The notes under the pieces were generated by a model. It saw only the letters and a program-made list of their open reading frames with translations, ran no database searches and was not told the DNA's origin. This document shows positions 1 to 9,600 of a DNA stretch of 64,000 bases, piece by piece. The stretch's first letter is position 1; each line of letters opens with the position of its first letter. The stretch comes from Auanema rhodensis (taxonomy: Eukaryota; Animalia; Nematoda), in contig OZ059894.1 in the NCBI GenBank assembly GCA_964057225.1, forward strand, positions 4,278,001-4,342,000. Direction: 5' to 3'. Made by a program: the position numbers and the translations under genes.

Positions 1-95
1 GTGTACATGGAAACTCAACATACACTAATGCATCATTTTTCAAACGATCATAACTAATTTTTGTATCAAGCGTTTTTCAATGTAGTATAGTGCAT

Positions 96-162
96 TCGAT
101 GCGGATTTTTAAGCTGCGTCGATCTGTGTTATCAGATTTGCGCTAGCTTAAAAATGCACCGA
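96..162. other. Large imperfect inverted repeat (hairpin/cruciform potential), repeated in each monomer
   Basis: ATTTTTAAGCT (105-115) is the exact reverse complement of AGCTTAAAAAT (145-155). Inner pairs are GCG/CGC (116-118/141-143) and ATCTG/CAGAT (122-126/133-137) around a 6-nt loop. The outer pair TCGATGC/GCACCGA (96-102/156-162) matches at 6 of 7 positions. Confidence 0.9.
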
Positions 163-172
163 GATATCAACT

Positions 173-194
173 GATATAAGTTCACACTTATATC
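173..194. other. Perfect 9-bp inverted repeat with 4-nt loop, repeated in each monomer
   Basis: GATATAAGT-TCAC-ACTTATATC. It overlaps a second dyad, ATATCA-AC-TGATAT (164-177), and is flanked by CGAG (160-163) and CTCG (195-198). Confidence 0.9.
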
Positions 195-233
195 CTCGAT
201 TTTCACCCTGAAGAATTAATTTTTTCGTTGAAT

Positions 234-349
234 AACATTGTCCATCGTCTTTGCCTTGAAAAATGGAATCTAAAAACATCTACTTTTTGTTAAATTATTT
301 TGAAATTTTTCGAAACAATTTTTGTCAAAATGTTTTTGGAAGCAATGTT
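234..349. other. Nested long-range inverted repeats and A/T tracts in the 3' third of the monomer
   Basis: AACATTG (234-240) pairs with CAATGTT (343-349). AAAAACAT (272-279) pairs with ATGTTTTT (330-337). Most copies carry the palindrome TTTTTCGAAAAA at p306-317 (copy 1 has the A316C variant). TTTTG-T-CAAAA lies at 320-330. Confidence 0.7.
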
Positions 350-372
350 GAGTGTACATGGAAACTCAACAT
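345..372. other. Perfect 9-bp inverted repeat with 10-nt loop spanning my arbitrary monomer junction
   Basis: ATGTTGAGT (345-353) - GTACATGGAA - ACTCAACAT (364-372). I saw no variant in the arms in any copy. Confidence 0.9.
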
Positions 373-1755
373 ACACTAATGCATCATTTTTCAAACGGTC
401 ATAACTAATTTTTGTATCAAGCGTTTCTTAATGTAGTATAGTGCATTCGATCCGGATTTTTAAGCTGCGTCAATCTGTGTTATCAGATTTGCGCTAGCTT
501 AAAAATGCACCGAGATATCAACTGATATAAGTTCACACTTATATCCTCGATTTTCACCCTGAAGAAATAATTTTTTCGTTGAATAACATTGTCCATCGTC
601 TTTGCCTTGAAAAAAGGAATCTAAAAACATTTAATTTTTGCTGAATTATTTTGAAATTTTTCGAAAAAATTTTTGTCAAAATGTTTTTGGAAGCAATGTT
701 GAGTGTACATGGAAACTCAACATACACTAATGCATCATTTTTCTAACGATCATAACTAATTTTTGTATTAAGCTTTTCTCAATGTAGTATAGTGCATTCG
801 ATGCGGATTTTTAAGCTGCGTCGATCTGTGTTATCAGATTTGCTCTAGCTTAAAAATGCACCGAGATATCAACTGATATAAGTTCACACTTATATCCTCG
901 ATTTTCACCCTGAAGAATTAATTTTTTCGTTGAATAACATTGTCCATCGTCTTTGCCTTGAAAAATGGAATCTTAAAACATCTACTTTTTGCTAAATTAT
1001 TTTGAAATTTTTCGAAAAAATTTTTGTCAAAATGTTTTTGGAAGCAATGTTGAGTGTACATGGAAACTCAACATACACTAATGCATCATTTTTCAAACGG
1101 TCATAACTAATTTTTGTATCAAGCGTTTCTTAATGTAGTATAGTGCATTCGATCCGGATTTTTAAGCTGCGTCAATCTGTGTTATCAGATTTGCGCTAGC
1201 TTAAAAATGCACCGAGATATCAACTGATATAAGTTCACACTTATATCCTCGATTTTCACCCTGAAGAAATAATTTTTTCGTTGAATAACATTGTCCATCG
1301 TCTTTGCCTTGAAAAAAGGAATCTAAAAACATCTACTTTTTGCTAAATTATTTTGAAATTTTTCGAAACAATTTTTGTCAAAATGTTTTTGGAAGCAATG
1401 TTGAGTGTACATGGAAACTCAACATACACTAATGCATCATTTTTCTAACGATCATAACTAATTTTTGTATTAAGCTTTTCTCAATGTAGTATAGTGCATT
1501 CGATGCGGATTTTTAAGCTGCGTCGATCTGTGTTATCAGATTTGCGCTAGCTTAAAAATGCACCGAGATATCAACTGATATAAGTTCACACTTATATGCT
1601 CGATTTTCACCCTGAAGAATTAATTTTTTCGTTGAATAACATTGTCCATCGTCTTTGCCTTGAAAAATGGAATCTAAAAACATCTACTTTTTGCTAAATT
1701 ATTTTGAAATTTTTCGAAACAATTTTTGTCAAAATGTTTTTGGAAGCAATGTTGA

Positions 1756-4700
1756 GTGTACATGGAAACTCAACATACACTAATGCATCATTTTTCAAAC
1801 GGTCATAACTAATTTTTGTATCAAGCGTTTCTTAATGTAGTATAGTGCATTCGATCCGGATTTTTAAGCTGCGTCAATCTGTGTTATCAGATTTGCGCTA
1901 GCTTAAAAATGCACCGAGATATCAACTGATATAAGTTCACACTTATATCCTCGATTTTCACCCTGAAGAAATAATTTTTTCGTTGAATAACATTGTCCAT
2001 CGTCTTTGCCTTGAAAAAAGGAATCTAAAAACATCTACTTTTTGCTAAATTATTTTGAAATTTTTCGAAAAAATTTTTGTCAAAATGTTTTTGGAAGCAA
2101 TGTTGAGTGTACATGGAAACTCAACATACACTAATGCATCATTTTTCAAACGATCATAACTTATTTTTGTATTAAGCTTTTCTCAATGTAGTATAGTGCA
2201 TTCGATGCGGATTTTTAAGCTGCGTCGATCTGTGTTATCAGATTTGCGCTAGCTTAAAAATGCACCGAGATATCAACTGATATAAGTTCACACTTATATT
2301 CTCGATTTTCACCCTGAAGAAATAATTTTTTCGTTGAATAACATTGTCCATCGTCTTCGCCTTGAAAAAAAGAATCTAAAAACATCTACTTTTTGCTAAA
2401 TTATTTTGAAATTTTCCGAAAAAATTTTTGTCAAAATGTTTTTGGAAGCAATGTTGAGTGTACATGGAAACTCAACATACACTAATGCATCATTTTTCAA
2501 ACGATCATAACTAATTTTTGTATCAAGCGTTTTTCAATGTAGTATAGTGCATTCGATGCGGATTTTTAAGCTGCGTCGATCTGTGTTATCAGATTTGCGC
2601 TAGCTTAAAAATGCACCGAGATATCAACTGATATAAGTTCACACTTATATCCTCGATTTTCACCCTGAAGAATTAATTTTTTCGTTGAATAACATTGTCC
2701 ATCGTCTTTGCCTTGAAAAATGGAATCTTAAAACATCTACTTTTTGCTAAATTATTTTGAAATTTTTCGAAAAAATTTTTGTCAAAATGTTTTTGGAAGC
2801 AATGTTGAGTGTACATGGAAACTCAACATACACTAATGCATCATTTTTCTAACGATCATAACTAATTTTTGTATTAAGCTTTTCTCAATGTAGTATAGTG
2901 CATTCGATGCGGATTTTTAAGCTGCGTCGATCTGTGTTATCAGATTTGCGCTAGCTTAAAAATGCACCGAGATATCAACTGATATAAGTTCACACTTATA
3001 TCCTCGATTTTCACCCTGAAGAATTAATTTTTTCGTTGAATAACATTGTCCATCGTCTTTGCCTTGAAAAAAGGAATCTAAAAACATCTACTTTTTGCTA
3101 AATTATTTTGAAATTTTTCGAAAAAATTTTTGTCAAAATGTTTTTGGAAGCAATGTTGAGTGTACATGGAAACTCAACATACACTAATGCATCATTTTTC
3201 AAACGATCATAACTTATTTTTGTATTAAGCTTTTCTCAATGTAGTATAGTGCATTCGATGCGGATTTGTAAGCTGCGTCGATCTGTGTTATCAGATTTGC
3301 GCTAGCTTAAAAATGCACCGAGATATCAACTGATATAAGTTCACACTTATATCCTCGATTTTCACCCTGAAGAATTAATTTTTTCGTTGAATAACATTGT
3401 CCATCGTCTTTGCCTTGAAAAATGGAATCTAAAAACATCTACTTTTTGCTAAATTATTTTGAAATTTTTCGAAACAATTTTTGTCAAAATGTTTTTGGAA
3501 GCAATGTTGAGTGTACATGGAAACTCAACATACACTAATGCATCATTTTTCAAACGGTCATAACTAATTTTTGTATCAAGCGTTTCTTAATGTAGTATAG
3601 TGCATTCGATCCGGATTTTTAAGCTGCGTCAATCTGTGTTATCAGATTTGCGCTAGCTTAAAAATGCACCGAGATATCAACTGATATAAGTTCACACTTA
3701 TATCCTCGATTTTCACCCTGAAGAAATAATTTTTTCGTTGAATAACATTGTCCATCGTCTTTGCCTTGAAAAAAGGAATCTAAAAACATCTACTTTTTGC
3801 TAAATTATTTTGAAATTTTTCGAAAAAATTTTTGTCAAAATGTTTTTGGAAGCAATGTTGAGTGTACATGGAAACTCAACATACACTAATGCATCATTTT
3901 TCAAACGATCATAACTTATTTTTGTATTAAGCTTTTCTCAATGTAGTATAGTGCATTCGATGCGGATTTTTAAGCTGCGTCGATCTGTGTTATCAGATTT
4001 GCGCTAGCTTAAAAATGCACCGAGATATCAACTGATATAAGTTCACACTTATATTCTCGATTTTCACCCTGAAGAAATAATTTTTTCGTTGAATAACATT
4101 GTCCATCGTCTTCGCCTTGAAAAAAGGAATCTAAAAACATCTACTTTTTGCTAAATTATTTTGAAATTTTCCGAAAAAATTTTTGTCAAAATGTTTTTGG
4201 AAGCAATGTTGAGTGTACATGGAAACTCAACATACACTAATGCATCATTTTTCAAACGATCATAACTAATTTTTGTATCAAGCGTTTTTCAATGTAGTAT
4301 AGTGCATTCGATGCGGATTTTTAAGCTGCGTCGATCTGTGTTATCAGATTTGCGCTAGCTTAAAAATGCACCGAGATATCAACTGATATAAGTTCACACT
4401 TATATCCTCGATTTTCACCCTGAAGAATTAATTTTTTCGTTGAATAACATTGTCCATCGTCTTTGCCTTGAAAAATGGAATCTTAAAACATCTACTTTTT
4501 GCTAAATTATTTTGAAATTTTTCGAAAAAATTTTTGTCAAAATGTTTTTGGAAGCAATGTTGAGTGTACATGGAAACTCAACATACACTAATGCATCATT
4601 TTTCTAACGATCATAACTAATTTTTGTATTAAGCTTTTCTCAATGTAGTATAGTGCATTCGATGCGGATTTTTAAGCTGCGTCGATCTGTGTTATCAGAT

Positions 4701-6669
4701 TTGCGCTAGCTTAAAAATGCACCGAGATATCAACTGATATAAGTTCACACTTATATCCTCGATTTTCACCCTGAAGAATTAATTTTTTCGTTGAATAACA
4801 TTGTCCATCGTCTTTGCCTTGAAAAAAGGAATCTAAAAACATCTACTTTTTGCTAAATTATTTTGAAATTTTTCGAAAAAATTTTTGTCAAAATGTTTTT
4901 GGAAGCAATGTTGAGTGTACATGGAAACTCAACATACACTAATGCATCATTTTTCAAACGATCATAACTTATTTTTGTATTAAGCTTTTCTCAATGTAGT
5001 ATAGTGCATTCGATGCGGATTTGTAAGCTGCGTCGATCTGTGTTATCAGATTTGCGCTAGCTTAAAAATGCACCGAGATATCAACTGATATAAGTTCACA
5101 CTTATATCCTCGATTTTCACCCTGAAGAAATAATTTTTTCGTTGAATAACATTGTCCATCGTCTTTGCCTTGAAAAAAGGAATCTAAAAACATCTACTTT
5201 TTGCTAAATTATTTTGAAATTTTTCGAAAAAATTTTTGTCAAAATGTTTTTGGAAGCAATGTTGAGTGTACATGGAAACTCAACATACACTAATGCATCA
5301 TTTTTCAAACGATCATAACTTATTTTTGTATTAAGCTTTTCTCAATGTAGTATAGTGCATTCGATGCGGATTTTTAAGCTGCGTCGATCTGTGTTATCAG
5401 ATTTGCGCTAGCTTAAAAATGCACCGAGATATCAACTGATATAAGTTCACACTTATATTCTCGATTTTCACCCTGAAGAAATAATTTTTTCGTTGAATAA
5501 CATTGTCCATCGTCTTCGCCTTGAAAAAAGGAATCTAAAAACATCTACTTTTTGCTAAATTATTTTGAAATTTTCCGAAAAAATTTTTGTCAAAATGTTT
5601 TTGGAAGCAATGTTGAGTGTACATGGAAACTCAACATACACTAATGCATCATTTTTCAAACGATCATAACTAATTTTTGTATCAAGCGTTTTTCAATGTA
5701 GTATAGTGCATTCGATGCGGATTTTTAAGCTGCGTCGATCTGTGTTATCAGATTTGCGCTAGCTTAAAAATGCACCGAGATATCAACTGATATAAGTTCA
5801 CACTTATATCCTCGATTTTCACCCTGAAGAATTAATTTTTTCGTTGAATAACATTGTCCATCGTCTTTGCCTTGAAAAATGGAATCTTAAAACATCTACT
5901 TTTTGCTAAATTATTTTGAAATTTTTCGAAAAAATTTTTGTCAAAATGTTTTTGGAAGCAATGTTGAGTGTACATGGAAACTCAACATACACTAATGCAT
6001 CATTTTTCTAACGATCATAACTAATTTTTGTATTAAGCTTTTCTCAATGTAGTATAGTGCATTCGATGCGGATTTTTAAGCTGCGTCGATCTGTGTTATC
6101 AGATTTGCGCTAGCTTAAAAATGCACCGAGATATCAACTGATATAAGTTCACACTTATATCCTCGATTTTCACCCTGAAGAATTAATTTTTTCGTTGAAT
6201 AACATTGTCCATCGTCTTTGCCTTGAAAAAAGGAATCTAAAAACATCTACTTTTTGCTAAATTATTTTGAAATTTTTCGAAAAAATTTTTGTAAAAATGT
6301 TTTTGGAAGCAATGTTGAGTGTACATGGAAACTCAACATACACTAATGCATCATTTTTCAAACGATCATAACTTATTTTTGTATTAAGCTTTTCTCAATG
6401 TAGTATAGTGCATTCGATGCGGATTTGTAAGCTGCGTCGATCTGTGTTATCAGATTTGCGCTAGCTTAAAAATGCACCGAGATATCAACTGATATAAGTT
6501 CACACTTATATCCTCGATTTTCACCCTGAAGAATTAATTTTTTCGTTGAATAACATTGTCCATCGTCTTTGCCTTGAAAAATGGAATCTTAAAACATCTA
6601 CTTTTTGCTAAATTATTTTGAAATTTTTCGAAAAAATTTTTGTCAAAATGTTTTTGGAAGCAATGTTGA
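1756..6669. repeat. Local higher-order repeat: 5-mer x2 followed by a 4-mer derivative
   Basis: The rare GGATTTGTAAG variant occurs at 3268, 5023 and 6427, spacings of 1755 (5x351) and 1404 (4x351). The same order of monomer types recurs. Confidence 0.85.
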
Positions 6670-9600
6670 GTGTACATGGAAACTCAACATACACTAATGC
6701 ATCATTTTTCTAACGATCATAACTAATTTTTGTATTAAGCTTTTCTCAATGTAGTATAGTGCATTCGATGCGGATTTTTAAGCTGCGTCGATCTGTGTTA
6801 TCAGATTTGCGCTAGCTTAAAAATGCATCGAGATATCAACTGATATAAGTTCACACTTATATCCTCGATTTTCACCCTGAAGAAATAATTTTTTCGTTGA
6901 ATAACATTGTCCATCGTCTTTGCCTTGAAAAAAGGAATCTAAAAACATCTACTTTTTGCTAAATTATTTTGAAATTTTTCGAAAAAATTTTTGTCAAAAT
7001 GTTTTTGGAAGCAATGTTGAGTGTACATGGAAACTCAACATACACTAATGCATCATTTTTCAAACGATCATAACTTATTTTTGTATTAAGCTTTTCTCAA
7101 TGTAGTATAGTGCATTCGATGCGGATTTTTAAGCTGCGTCGATCTGTGTTATCAGATTTGCGCTAGCTTAAAAATGCACCGAGATATCAACTGATATAAG
7201 TTCACACTTATATTCTCGATTTTCACCCTGAAGAAATAATTTTTTCGTTGAATAACATTGTCCATCGTCTTCGCCTTGAAAAAAGGAATCTAAAAACATC
7301 TACTTTTTGCTAAATTATTTTGAAATTTTCCGAAAAAATTTTTGTCAAAATGTTTTTGGAAGCAATGTTGAGTGTACATGGAAACTCAACATACACTAAT
7401 GCATCATTTTTCAAACGATCATAACTAATTTTTGTATCAAGCGTTTTTCAATGTAGTATAGTGCATTCGATGCGGATTTTTAAGCTGCGTCGATCTGTGT
7501 TATCAGATTTGCGCTAGCTTAAAAATGCACCGAGATATCAACTGATATAAGTTCACACTTATATCCTCGATTTTCACCCTGAAGAATTAATTTTTTCGTT
7601 GAATAACATTGTCCATCGTCTTTGCCTTGAAAAATGGAATCTTAAAACATCTACTTTTTGCTAAATTATTTTGAAATTTTTCGAAAAAATTTTTGTCAAA
7701 ATGTTTTTGGAAGCAATGTTGAGTGTACATGGAAACTCAACATACACTAATGCATCATTTTTCAAACGATCATAACTAATTTTTGTATTAAGCGTTTTTC
7801 AATGTAGTATAGTGCATTCGATGCGGATTTCTAAGCTGCGTCGATCTGTGTTATCAGATTTGCGCTAGCTTAAAAATGCACCGAGATATCAACTGATATA
7901 AGTTCACACTTATATCCTCGATTTTCATCCTGAAGAATTAATTTTTTCGTTGAATAACATTGTCCATCGTCTTTGCCTTGAAAAATCGAATCTAAAAACA
8001 TCTACTTTCCGCTAAATTATTTTGAAATTTTTCGAAAAAATTTTTGTCAAAATGTTTTTGGAAGCAATGTTGAGTGTACATGGAAACTCAACATACACTA
8101 ATGCATCATTTTTCAAACGATCATAACTAATTTTTGTATTAAGCGTTTTTCAATGTAGTATAGTGCATTCGATGCGGATTTTCAAGCTGCGTCGATCTGT
8201 GTTATCAGATTTGCGCTAGCTTAAAAATGCACCGAGATATCAACTGATATAAGTTCACACTTATATCCTCGATTTTCATCCTGAAGAATTAATTTTTTCG
8301 TTGAATAACATTGTCCATCGTCTTTGCCTTGAAAAATCGAATCTAAAAACATCTACTTTCCGCTAAATTATTTTGAAATTTTTCGAAAAAATTTTTGTCA
8401 AAATGTTTTTGGAAGCAATGTTGAGTGTACATGGAAACTCAACATACACTAATGCATCATTTTTCTAACGATCATAACTAATTTTTGTATTAAGCTTTTC
8501 TCAATGTAGTATAGTGCATTCGATGCGGATTTTTAAGCTGCGTCGATCTGTGTTATCAGATTTGCTCTAGCTTAAAAATGCACCGAGATATCAACTGATA
8601 TAAGTTCACACTTATATCCTCGATTTTCACCCTGAAGAATTAATTTTTTCGTTGAATAACATTGTCCATCGTCTTTGCCTTGAAAAATGGAATCTTAAAA
8701 CATCTACTTTTTGCTAAATTATTTTGAAATTTTTCGAAAAAATTTTTGTCAAAATGTTTTTGGAAGCAATGTTGAGTGTACATGGAAACTCAACATACAC
8801 TAATGCATCATTTTTCTAACGATCATAACTAATTTTTGTATTAAGCTTTTCTCAATGTAGTATAGTGCATTCGATGCGGATTTTTAAGCTGCGTCGATCT
8901 GTGTTATCAGATTTGCTCTAGCTTAAAAATGCACCGAGATATCAACTGATATAAGTTCACACTTATATCCTCGATTTTCACCCTGAAGAATTAATTTTTT
9001 CGTTGAATAACATTGTCCATCGTCTTTGCCTTGAAAAATGGAATCTTAAAACATCTACTTTTTGCTAAATTATTTTGAAATTTTTCGAAAAAATTTTTGT
9101 CAAAATGTTTTTGGAAGCAATGTTGAGTGTACATGGAAACTCAACATACACTAATGCATCATTTTTCAAACGATCATAACTAATTTTTGTATCAAGCGTT
9201 TTTCAATGTAGTATAGTGCATTCGATGCGGATTTTTAAGCTGCGTCGATCTGTGTTATCAGATTTGCGCTAGCTTAAAAATGCACCGAGATATCAACTGA
9301 TATAAGTTCACACTTATATCCTCGATTTTCACCCTGAAGAAATAATTTTTTCGTTGAATATTATTGTCCATCGTCTTTGCCTTGAAAAATGGAATCTTGA
9401 AACATCTACTTTTTGCTAAATTATTTTGAAATTTTTCGAAAAAATTTTTGTCAAAATGTTTTTGGAAGCAATGTTGAGTGTACATGGAAACTCAACATAC
9501 ACTAATGCATCATTTTTCAAACGATCATAACTAATTTTTGTATCAAGTGTTTCTCAATGTAATATAGTGCATTCGATGCGGATTTTTAAGCTGCGTCGAT

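Larger units (their letters stand above)
1..351. repeat. Representative 351-bp monomer (copy 1)
   Basis: Position 352 restarts the same sequence. Near-constant palindromic sites per monomer: TGTACA (p2-7), ATGCAT (p28-33), GATATC (p163-168). GCTAGC (p142-147) is present in most copies. AAGCTT and TCCGGA occur only in particular sub-types. Confidence 0.98.

Noticed and set aside
94-112. CENP-B box-like TTCG motif
   Set aside because: None of the TTCG sites I checked on either strand completes TTCG-N4-A-N2-CGGG, and the monomer has no CGGG or CCCG.
122-147. Helitron 3' end (hairpin followed by CTAG)
   Set aside because: The CTAG lies inside the larger inverted repeat, is followed by C rather than the expected T, and the hairpin is not the typical GC-rich subterminal stem.
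208-330. Hammerhead ribozyme-like words: CTGAAGA (208-214) and, in A316C copies, CGAAAC-AATTTTT-GTC (311-326). Satellite-encoded hammerheads are known in newts, schistosomes and cave crickets.
   Set aside because: A short stem III is possible, but stems I and II do not pair in register with the core (C207 opposes A327; A215 opposes C311). The alternative GAAA at 302-305 also lacks stem I. An Infernal search with Rfam hammerhead models or an in vitro cleavage assay would be decisive.
259-337. Helically phased A-tracts implying strong intrinsic curvature
   Set aside because: A/T tracts are abundant but irregularly spaced (about 6-14 bp), so strict ~10.5-bp phasing is not evident by eye. A curvature model would be needed.
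1-351. Tandem 5S rRNA, tRNA, snRNA or spliced-leader gene repeat
   Set aside because: I recognise no 5S or tRNA sequence, Pol III A/B boxes or spliced-leader motif in the unit. An Rfam scan would confirm.
1-351. Identity with Drosophila 359-bp (1.688) or Tribolium ~360-bp satellites
   Set aside because: The similarity is only in length and AT content. I see no sequence match that I can support.
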